From: Iphione sp. A-MEVVRFRX5
Lineage: Eukaryota
Direction: 5' to 3'
DNA: 64,000 bases
Assembly: GCA_976226885.1 (NCBI GenBank)
Contig: OZ320319.1
Span: 29,884,001 to 29,948,000 of the forward strand
In this document: positions 49,701 to 61,700 of the stretch, piece by piece
Layout of the letters: every line of letters starts with the position of its first letter
Numbering within the stretch: the first letter of the stretch is position 1
The notes under the pieces: model-generated
Database searches by the model: none
What the model was told of the DNA's origin: nothing
What the model saw: only the letters and a program-made list of their open reading frames with translations
Position numbers and translations under genes: made by a program

Positions 49701-52700
49701 ATGACTATACACCCAGAGGCGGTGATGTGAAGATCTTCACTGAAAAATTAGGGTGGCAGGCGTCACCACGTATTGATGCAGGTGACAAGAACTACGAACC
49801 CAAACGAGGAACTGTGCAAATCTTCTCTGAAAAGCCCAAGTGGGAGGCCAGTCCCCGGGTTGATGCAGGTGACAAACAGTATGAACCACGAAGAAGTGAA
49901 GTGAAAATATTTTCGAAAACACCGAAATGGGAGGCATCGCCTCGGACAGATCATGGCGACAAGTCTTATAAACCAGGCGGTGGGGAAGTAAAAATATTCA
50001 GCGAAAAGCCCAAATGGACCGCCACTCCAAGAATAGATAATCATGCTGACTACAAGCCACCAGAAAGTGAGGTAAAAATATTCAGTGAAAACCCCAAATG
50101 GAACGCCCCGGCTAAAATACATTTTGGGGAAGACAGTTATCAACCCCAAGGTGGTAAGGTAGAAATATTTGATGAAAGACCCAACTGGAAAAAAGAAGCC
50201 AAAATTGGATCCCTAGATAATATTTCTCACGTCCCCGCGGGTGGAAACCGCAAGGTTGAATCACAAAAACTAAATTGGCAAGCATCTTCTAAAATTGGAT
50301 CATTGGACAATATTCACCATGTTTCCCAGGGTGGTAATATTGAAATTGCGAATGAGAAATTAGACTGGAAAAAACAATCTAAAATCAATTCATTCGAGAA
50401 TTTAAACCGGAAACCACCTGGCGGGATGAAGAGCATTGAAAGTCACAGACTCAGCTGGAACAAAGCATCCAAGATAGGTTCTACATTGGACAAGAAATAC
50501 AAGTCTAGAGGTGGAAATGTTGAAATAAAATCTGAACCTGTACATTGGAATGCCAAGTCGAAGGTAGGGTCTTTGCTCAATGTGAAATGGGTACCGCCAG
50601 GTGGTGAGAAGAGTATAAAATCCCAAAAGTTAAAATGGAAAAAACAGTCGAACGTTGGATCAACTGTTGACCCTAATTATAAACCCAGAGGGGGCAACGT
50701 AAAAATTACATCTGAGAAGCTTACCTGGAAGGTATCAGCAAAAGTCGGTTCTTTGGAGAATGTCTCTTGGGTTCCGACTTCAAGTCGTAGAACAATAGAA
50801 TCAACTAAACTTAACTGGAAAGCCGCGCCCAAGATTGACACGATTCTAGAACCATCCAAAATACCGACTGAAAGAAAAGTGCACATACCTTCCCAGCAGG
50901 TACAGTGGAAGAAGGAATCTAAAGTGGGTTCGCTGGATAACGTCAAATGGAACCCACCTGTTAGTAAGGTTAAGATACACAACCAGAAGCCACACTGGGA
51001 TAAACAGTCCAAGATCGGTTCCCTTGACAACGTTCTTCACAATCCAGGAGGAGGGGATGTGATACTTCCCAAGAATGCCGTTAACTGGCGGAAGCAGTCG
51101 AAGCTAGGCTCAACGCGGAGTGGTGAGTACATGCCAGGTTATAAGAAACTTAAGGGGTCGTTATGCCCAGAATGGCATCGTCGTTAAGAGTGAAAAGCCC
51201 GTATGGCAAAGTGGTTTGACGATCGATCCCCTCACCAACATCTCTTATGTATGTCTAGCAGCATGCCCGTAGCCAAGGGGATATCTTTTGGTCTTTATGG
51301 GAATAGAAAAAAAAGTTCCACCCCTGTGGTATCAGTGGTATCGTCTGATACCCCCATAAAACTTCCTGGCTACGGGCCTGAGCAAGTAATGCAAAGGTAA
51401 TTGACGAGCGGTTGTCCTGGAGAGGGGAATCCAACGTGAGATCACTTGAAAATGTATACTAAGATGATTTTAAAAATGTAGTTTTGTTCCCGGTGGAGGA
51501 AATGGTACAATGTTAAAAACACAGAACGAAGTGGACTGACAGGTCGGAGATGGACTCATTCCAGAACAAAAAATATTATGGAGAAGTCAGTTAAGAAATT
51601 GCAAAGCCATCATGGAAGAAAAGTATCGAATTTTGGATCCCTTGAAAACTCTCATCATATTGCTGAATGTTCCCTGATGTGGAAATGAAGGATAAAAACC
51701 TTAAATGGCATGCACAATTAAAAATAAGGTCCCTAGAAAACAAAAACCGGAAAGCCTAAGAAACCTAGTGTGACAATTGAAAGCAGAAAAGCAAAAAACT
51801 CACGTCCAGTATATGCCAGCATAAGACAACAGTACTTGAGAAACTGAAGTATAAACCGAGGGAAAAATAAAACTTCTCGGAATATGAGATGAGATGAGAA
51901 ACGAGTGATAACGAACGAGAGGGACCATGTCGATCGCAATAAGCCTCCTGCTCTGAATGAAGAATCTGTCCAGAATAAGAGTGAGAAGGCAGGGCATCCT
52001 CCACGACCTAGAACCTTGAGAAATACACGTATGATAAAAAAGGCTCTTAAAGACAGCAGGCTTAACGTGAACGATCAGTCTTAGGCGGAGGCGTAACAGT
52101 GGACCATGGGTGTTGAGGCAATACAGACCTCATTAAACCTTTTTCAAACAGGAAACAGACCACAGCCGGTTCTGTAGGGTCATAACAGGGCCACTATGAG
52201 CGTTGGAAGCGTGAAACCAATGCCTTTTCACAACGAGGCGCCACTGGTTCAACGAGTCGGGGAAACGAAACACGAAAGGGAAACAAGAACAATGGCAGAA
52301 AACGGCGCCATCGGAATAATTTCACTCACAGCCTGTAGGGGGAACCAATGTGTCTCCTACGACAAAGCACAGCCGGCGACTTCCACCGTGTGGAGGCACA
52401 GTCGGACAAGTATCCAGCGATCAACACAATTGATGATGCCATCCAACGGCTATCAAGACACCCCCCCAATTTGGTTAATCTGGCGCTGAAGGATATCGGC
52501 GCCAGCTTCAAACAGCTGGGGACATGCTTCCAACCCTTACTAGAGGAAAGGCCTATACCAGACCATTTTTTTCTGCTTATCGAACAATATATTCCGAGTG
52601 CTTAAAAATTCTTAGGTGAATGTAAACCTGAGGATAGTGAATATCTAAGTATGGAAACCATCATGACTAAGTTACAGAAATAGTGTAAAATGCTTTTGTA

Positions 52701-55700
52701 TATGTAGAAATTGAATTCATGCATAATTGCAAATTATGTAAATTATAAAGGAAAAAATATAATAGTTGTAGAGACACATTCTACTAGATTTTGTTACCAT
52801 ATTTCGCTCCTTAGGGTGACGCATTTACTGCATAAACCTACATGTGTAACGCAGAGACTACACTGGGATTTTCCTTGTACGTTCAGTCTCATGATCTTGT
52901 TATCAAAGATAATTTTCGTCATTTAAATACTTATCTCAACTTAAAATACGGGTTAAACCGAGAGCCTGTGTAAAATAAGTGTAATGAATGTATGCAGGGC
53001 TATTTGTGACTTAAATTTGTATCATAGATAGAACAATGCATGAACTTTTGACGTACTTGGTTGAAAATGCGCATGCAAGTTGTGATTCATCCCCCCGCTT
53101 TCTTTGGACTCGGACGAGATTTGGATCACTTTACCTGATTTTAAAGTTTAATTCAGGCAGAGCCAAGTTCTTTGTAGCATGTATACAATACGGACGTTAA
53201 TAACTCGGTCTAATCGTGTCCTGTTTGCACACCGGGGACCCTCATGTTGGTCCTTCGCACGTCCTTTACCTTTAATGGCCCTTGTTGAAGGAAGCACTGC
53301 ATATGTAATCCCTGCATGGCTTCTAGTAGATGACCAAAGGTAGTTCTCGAGAAGTGCTCGACGATCCTTTAATCAAATGTGTGCTGTAGGATGTGAGTAC
53401 GCCCGAAGGTGTTCTCTAAATACAACAACAAAAAAACAGCACAGAAATACAGCAATGACCATGCAACACATGCCCCCTTTGCTTTAAGTACTGCAATCGG
53501 ATGTTGAGCTATATCTCTGTCCCCTAAGAACGTTAATAAGATGGATGTTCATGTCTGTCTCGAAACAGTTAACAAGAGATTCAAGTAAAGTTAGTTTATA
53601 TGACTATACTGACTATGCATATTTTGCCACAGTTACACGTTCTTACGTACTGTTATGTAGACATCGCATTGCTGCTTCGTAAAGAGTTTGCATTTGGGCA
53701 GTGTTACTATTGTGCCGAAGGATCATTCGCACTGAAATAAACAAAGGTTAGCATTTAGCCAACGGACACGTAGTCGTCAGTCAACACTGTCCTAATCTGT
53801 ACCTATACACCAAACATACAATCATTTACAGAAAGGCCCTGCCCCATAACTGCTCTATGCTGGACCTATTATTTCTTATGCAACACTTGTAGAGCAATAC
53901 ACCCTACAGAGACACACAACATGACCACACCACCCTGGAGCTTTTTGGTGTGAGAACATGCTCGTGCTTTTGTAAGCCTGGCCCTTAATGAATACAAAGG
54001 TATACATGGCGTCTAATTAGGAGCATAAGTGTAAGGTTTTTTTTTCTGAAGGAAACGAGTATGCGCACATACTGGCGAATTCGTAAGGTCTTTGCCGAGG
54101 TCTAGATATAGGTGTGTGCCCCGGAGTGTACGTGTGTAAGTAGACGCTCATGTTTCACCAGTAGGGGCCCCGTCTATTCACATTGGCCCTCGTCCAGGGT
54201 ACACAGTATTACGGTCGGGACACCGCTGACCACCCCCTCATTACTGGGAGGTCGACCACGTACGAGACGTTGGGTGTCTTGCAGCATGGCCTCGCCTCCA
54301 GTGGAGGACGGACCCGACCAGCACCTTTCAAGACGGACTTGGCGGCCCACTCACATCCTCAGAGGGACAAGACGTACAGCCTGGAACTGTCCATATTGGT
54401 CTTGTTATAAGACACATAGTCTCTGGCATGCTGAGAAGCTTTGCACAATCCGTTTGGTGAAGGTGTTAATGGTTGAACTGAATATGTAGAACTCCGATCG
54501 CTTTGTTTCGCAACACACATTCATGTAGCCCTACATAATGGATGGCATACCTAACCACCATCTACTTTGAAGGAAACTAAGTTGAAATTGATGAGCCATG
54601 GAGGAAGACTCAGTTTCGGTCAGTTTAGAGCCGATCCCTCTTTCGTCACTGGGGCCAAATTTATCCGGACACAAGATGTCTGAAGAAAGCGCAGGCAACG
54701 AGGAGGACAGGGACAGCGATGTGAAATCCATGTCCTTTCAAGCTGAAGATGTAGATACAACGCCCGAGGGACATATTGACGCAGAATCGACAAACACGTT
54801 GACAGACTCTCTTCCTGGCGAATCTACCGCACCTGCTTTGGATACTGGAGTCTTTGCTGATCAAAATAAGGATAACAATTCCCCGATTGAAATATCGTCT
54901 GCCGCGTTGGATCCGCCAATGGAGATCCAGGAAGTTGTTTGCTCAGACGGTGTTCATGGATCGCCAGTTCCCATTAGTAGTAAAGTGATCAACTCATCTA
55001 CAGATATGGCACAAGACGTCCCACAAGAATGTCTTCATGAGGATGCAGACGACGGATTATTGCACGGTAAAGAGGAATCACCAGTCGTAATACCAGAGGA
55101 TGCGAATAGCACTACGACTACGGAAACAGTCACAGCAAATATGGACGACACTGGGGGCGCCCGTGAAACGGGTGGTATAAGCAAAGGCGATCATCAAACG
55201 GAGGAAGCGCATGTCGCCTGTCCTAACAATAGCGGTGACGAAGAAAATAGCGTGTGTTTGAATTTAGAAAGAAAAGACGATCTACTTGAGTTAGAACCAG
55301 AGAGCAAGCAAGATCAAGGGTCAGAAGGGAACTTGAATGGGTTTAATCTCCGTAAAGCAGTTGCACTGGAGAATCTATCCGACAATGAGTCAGATTTAGA
55401 GTCAGAGTCAAATTCTAATGTTGATGACTCCATTGACGATTTGCTTCCTCCTCTAGATAATGAGACACCAAACGACACCACTACTGTAAAAGACACCGAG
55501 AGTAATCCAGGGCAAGCTGAAAATAACAATGTCAGTGCAGATGAAGTGCAGTCAAGCATCGAGCCGACGGAAAGGACTGTAAACACTGAGATCCAAAATG
55601 ATAACCAAGTGCTGACTGATGGAGGTGATATGCAGGAAGGATCGGACAGCTCAGATGAACCAGAATTTGAGTGTGAGTCATTCCGGCATCTGAACAGTCT

Positions 55701-58700
55701 TCTAAAGGACGAAGAGGATACGAATGAGTATTTTGCTGCAGGCGCTCATGTTGATCCTAATTATCTTGGAGATGCTTGTGAGATACCAATGGTTATTGAC
55801 TATAAGCCACAATTTGGTGAAGGTCCTCTACTGGGGGACAGTAGGTATAGTCCGGATGGTTTAGCCAGGAAACCAGTTAGGTCGTTACGTACAGACAACG
55901 ATAAGCTTGCCAATAGGTCTACCCCAGAATCCAACCTAACAGTCCATGCACAACAATATAACAAGCCTAAGGTGAATCCGTTGGTCAACGGGAGTTCTAA
56001 ATTAAAAATGAATAGTTTGCTGACAGCCGATAAGAATTTGGACAAGCATGAGGAGGCTAAACCCGGTTCTTTAGAGAATTTAGAGCATTTGCCAACGAAA
56101 TCAAATAAAAAGATATTTAACAGCCTTCCTAAGTGGAAAAAACAATCAAAAATCGCTTCCTTGGAGAATATTGGACATGAACCCCCCCAAAGTAAGGTGA
56201 AAATCTTTGATCAACCCATATCCTGGAGTGCCCAGTCGCGCCTTGGTTCTCTGGATAATCTTTCACACGTCCCAGGAGGTGGTCATGTGGAACTTCCCAG
56301 ACAGGAAGTAAAGTGGAGGTCTGAGCCCAAGGTAGGCTCACTCGAAACACTTAGGAAAATGAAGGATATTGAGAGGAGTTTGCCTGAAAAGATGGATTCC
56401 ATCGCTGAGGAAGACGAAGTACATTTGGGAGATAGTTCAAATGATCAGCGATCTGGTGGACCATACAATGTGAACGTACCAAAGTATGTCCTGAACAAAA
56501 GAAACAGAACCAAGAAACCCTTAAGGTTTGTGGGTGTCTTCCACGAACGGTTGAACTGGAAAGGGCAGGCTAAGGTTGGTTCTTTAGATAACATACACTA
56601 TAAGCCTGGCGGAGGAGACGTCATTGTTGAGGAGGAGGAGGAAAACCAGAAAGTGGAGGCCAAGTCTACAGTAGGCTCGCTGGATAACATCGACCATGTG
56701 CCAGGTGGAGGTACCGTACAGTTACCCCGGAACAAAGTCAATTGGAATAAGAAGAGCAAGGTTGGGTCGCTACGGAGTATGTTCGAAATAAACGAAGACA
56801 AGAAGGTAGTTCTCCAAAAGTTTGGGATTAACTGGGATGCTTTCCCTGAGCATCTGCGCCCACGACGTGAGGCCTGTGATATCGATATACAGACCAGCTC
56901 AGGACTGCGGAAATCTGAGCAGAGTGTAGTCTCCAAGACTGACATAGATGACCGTGCTGTGTTCAATCCTGTAGACCAGTGGTTCAAAGACTACAAACAG
57001 AAACGTGTTTCTCGGCGAGAGATGTTTAAGGCTATCGATAAGGAGCTGGAAGATTCTGTTCGGTTTTCCTCCCATTCGAAACATTTAGGACTCGGTGACG
57101 CGCGAATCAGTGGTAGGAGGAACAGGAAGGTAAGACCCCTGCGAGCTGAAGGTGGTCCGGATGAGCAGACGTTGAGCAGGTATACTCGACCTGAGACCCC
57201 AGTCGTCGAGCGGTCCGACGTCCAGGTACAAGGACATGGTTCACCTGAGCTCGCCAAGAATCTCAGAGGGAGCGACACCACATCAACCGTGCCCAGTGAA
57301 CCTTCAACAATTGAACCTCCGTCACTGCATTCAATAACAGAGGAAAAACCTGACTTGGCCGTCTCGGGACTGAAAGCTCCATACTTGGTGCGAGCCAAAA
57401 TGGATGGCGGGGACAGCACCCAAGCTGTAGGTAATGACCTTGTGACTATGCCAAGTAAAAGGGCCAAGACCCACACAAAGCTAGTGCCAGTTGAGATGCC
57501 CGAGGCTGCGCGAGACCAGCTGGGTCTGGACAGTGCCAAAAAGAAACCCAAAGCAAAGATTCGCTCGATTGGTAACACGGACATCATTCCTGGGATCAAC
57601 GACCACCTTCGTATTAATAACGAGAAACTTCGCTGGAAGGCTAAGCCCAAGGTGGGGTCGTTGGACAATGTTAACCACAGTCCCGGTGGAGGTTTCAAGG
57701 CCGTATACAACGAAGGGCTGTCCTGGAATGCCGAGTCCAAGGTGGACGCCGGCTCGGGCCCTCGTGTAGTGCGGGAGGGAACATATGACGTTATAAAGAC
57801 CAGCCCTGAGAAGTAGACTATGGGTGCTTATCATAACCCTGCTTTCATATGGACTTTTCAACGTAGTGCGTGTATACATGCAAATCTAGTTTGGGATTAT
57901 TTCGTTCATCTGTTTTTTTTTCTAGGAGAGTTGGTAATAATTTATCAAGGAAACATTGCAAGTATCAAACGTCGAACCAACCATATCGAGACCCAAAGCA
58001 TTTGGCATAAATGGAAATGAATAGGAACACCATGGTGTTAGTAAAAAAAAGTATCAGTTATTTGTCCACCCTGCATATTTTCCTCGTAGTTTCATAAGGA
58101 AACAACAAAATACAGTACTTGCTGGCATATTGATCCTCGTGTGAGGCACTGCTCGTATACAATACCTTTGTGTGCTTCGTGTCGATTTTCTTCTTTATCC
58201 GATACTCATAGATAATAAATTCGCCAATGATTATTTGCATTGTTTGATTAGCTTTTTCTTGTCCTAATTTACAGTTTTATTGGTTTTGAACTTTGGATAA
58301 TATTCATATCGTGACAGGAAGGTTTTCATTACAGTGTACGTAAAGAAATTGTTGAATCAAAACTGAAAAGCTTCGGCTGACTATTGTTATGAAAAGGGAA
58401 ATCGTCTCAATATAATTAAATAATGTCGCACAAGAGATGAGATTTCCTGACATCCCATGCCTGGACGTGGGACAAATAGAACTCATTTTCTAAGAGAGTC
58501 TTTAGCAGCTCTCTCCATGTTTAGACAGTTTAGACATTTAGACAATCTTATTTCTGAGGAGGATAAGGACAAATTTTGTACAGGGCTCAGATCTTTTGGA
58601 ATGCAATACATGGGATGATAAGTGTGTATTTAATATATCCTTTTTTAAACACATGCTCTGAGTAATAATCAGAGATTTAAAAGTTGGCAACATATTAGGA

Positions 58701-61700
58701 CAAGGCACAAACGCGTGAACAGCACAGAAGCTCGACCAAAATCCCGTACCCAATACTCCCTTTCGCTTCTTTTCAAGATTCAAAATTCTTTTCAAGATTG
58801 TTTTATTGACTTCTCTATATATGGTGGTACAGAGTTATTTGTAGACAACATGGTGTAACAGAATTTTAATAGGAGATATGAAACAAAGAAAAGTAGTGCA
58901 GGCAAATTAGTGTGAAGATACAAGTATAATACATATAATTACAATATGGGAAAATCGCTACAACTCAGCCATATGATCACATCTTTCTAAGCTTGCGACT
59001 GGGCTCATAGCAGTCTGGGATCATAGTAGTACATAATTTTGTGAAAACTTATATTAAGTCACAGCGGGGGGTTTCATTGTCGGATACAGTTATCACAGGA
59101 CACTCCATTATGATCACAAGTTGTATAGCTCTTGAGAAGCCATTACCAGATTGCTGTTCACGATTAGGTATACATACAGGGACATGGTACGAGGACCTTC
59201 CATGTGAATACAGGAACATGGTACAAAACCCTTCTATGTGAATAACTGGTAATCACATTTACCTCTCAAGTTACACACTTATTCCTGGTCTGGCATCTTT
59301 CATTCTTTTGACCGGGGATACCACAGTCAGTATCGTTAGATACACACTAGTATATTATTCCTTAGTGACACAGAGTTTTTGTCCCTTGATACCAAGGTAC
59401 ATGCGCCTCAACCTATTCTGCTTGTGTTAGTACCAGTAATATAGCCCCACAAGAGTTTACAAGATGCCACGATGGTCGTAGTTATATGCACCTTGTTGTT
59501 GCATCACATTCTTACCTCAAATCCAGTTACTGACTAAGTCCGTGTGGTGGTGCTTTCACACTGGGTGGTTTGGTATGATTTTCTCAGCCGTTGTTAGATT
59601 ATTCCACCTGGCCACCCCATGATATCCAATTGACCTCTCATACAGTGTACTCCTTGGCCTGGTCATACGTACCCTAGGAGTAGCTCCCGGTCGGGTTTTT
59701 GTTTCGCTACCTATGGAGAGAAGTCCCAGTTGGGCCTGCCGATGAATGGCTTGCAAGCCTCTTTTGTGTATTAGTGATTCTACCCTGGGATGTTGAATCT
59801 TTCCTGAGGTTTTTCAGCTGAGAGGGATTTGCAGCCTCACCATATCAGAAGACCCCAGCGTGTATAGAGCCTCAAGGTGATATTTCAAATGGGAGAGTAC
59901 CAGTGCCTTATAAAGAGCTCTACTCTAGTTTGTAGCGGCAGGAACCTCTTACCTCTTGATAGTTTCTTGGCAGACCCCCACATTTTCTTCACTACATGAT
60001 TTACTGTAGTTTTACATCCCAACCTTTCTTCAAAGTAGTACCCAAACAGTTTGTCTTTGAGTGTTCTAGGGTATGGTCAATTAACTTCAAATCAAGAGGG
60101 AACTGCCTTACCAAAGGTCACATACATACATTTGTTCTCAGTCAGAATGAATTTGTTTTCATTACACCAGTTTGATACATGTTGAACAACTCTCGCAGCC
60201 TCACCCCGTAGCTGTAGCAAGTCTCTTGCAGTCACCAGGATAAACAGGGCATCAGCATATGTATACGATGGCCATCACCCCTGGAGGCAAATGGCTGACC
60301 ACCCCATTCATTACACAGATGACAGAACTAGGCCCAGATACGGAGCCTTGGGGGACCCCTCTGCTTAGCTGCTGTATATCCGAACTGCACCGTCCACATT
60401 TAACAAATTGACATACATCTTACATCTCACTTCATAACTCTTCTATTCACTGGTGAGACCTCGCCCAACATCTCACAGTCACTTTCACTCGAGCATAATA
60501 TGACTCTAATACCATCCACTACTGTCTCTTTCACTGTATTGAGACTTCGACCTAAATCTCATATAGGTAGTGACACTCACAATCACCCTTTTTTACCTAA
60601 GCTGACTACATCTCACTCTTCACCACCTTTGCATCTAGCTCCACACCATCATGTGACCTCGATCATGATCACTGATGGATACGAACTTGCCTCCTTAATC
60701 CGTTTAAGTTACTTTCAGGTTTTCCACATGTGTTTTGTCATAAAAAAAAATCTTCAGATTTCTTTTCAACCCTTTCACACTTTTAACTTCAACAACGCTG
60801 GTAGCCTGTTCATTTAGGCAAAAAAAATAGGTGTGTTTCTGGTAACCCACCCCTACCTAGTAAAACCTCGCCCCACCTAAAAATCTTTTAGCCCCAAAGA
60901 GTTTCTGAGGCTGAACTTCCTTAGATATATGTTATAATGGTGCACATGTTTGGTAAATTTAGTAGAAAAACAACAGAATCCATGAAAATACATCAAAAAA
61001 CTGTAAAACTCATGCAAATTAGTCAAACTTCTTCACATTGTCTTTATTGTTATTGAAAACCAGAGGAACAATATAGAAAAATAAAAAATATATACCCCCT
61101 CCCTACCTAGGTTTTTGGTTGGTCTTTACCAGAAACACCTATGTTTTTGGCCTTAGCAATGTTGTTTCAATGCACAGCTGCTGGTCTGTGCACCACTACA
61201 CCACTGCACTTGCATAAGGTGGCCTTTCCATGTGAACACATCGAACAGTGTTGGATACGTAGCCAGAGGCCATATTTTTCGAATAATTCTCAATATCTCT
61301 TATCCATATACACATATATACTACAATAGACAAAACGATCCCTACGGGCCAGATAGTTAACTGTTGGTGGTTGAAATCAACCTTTCATCCATTATGTCCA
61401 TGGCTGTGTACCTGGGAAAATTGGTCTGCAGTGGATTAGCATCACGGTTACAGAGTCACATCTGAGATGTTCATTGACAGGGGACAGTGCATTTTTGTGT
61501 CCTGGTTTTGTCCATCCATTATGGCTATGGAGCTATTCCTGTAAATATATGTGCATAGAAAAGCTGCCCAAGAAAGTATGAGTTAATCTGCTAGTTTTGA
61601 TAACTTTGAAACGTACATAAAAAGTCAAGACATTTCATATATCCTACAGATATTTTAACAAATTATGTGAAATTCGACTAAACATGTGTCCTCTGCGTTG

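Noticed and set aside
51123-51128. Perfect GTGAGT donor near the end of ORF-A that could fuse it to ORF-B
   Set aside because: The sequence continues in repeat register ([11 protein letters not shown] matches [11 protein letters not shown]), and the only phase-1 AG before ORF-B (54594-95) lacks a pyrimidine tract.
54236-54262. HYWEV resembling a B30.2/SPRY motif
   Set aside because: Five-residue match with an in-frame stop just upstream and no other SPRY features.
56991-57740. 249-aa minus-strand ORF and neighbours over ORF-B
   Set aside because: Antisense shadows of ORF-B.
59175-59242. Imperfect 34-bp tandem duplication
   Set aside because: Ordinary local duplication with no functional signal.
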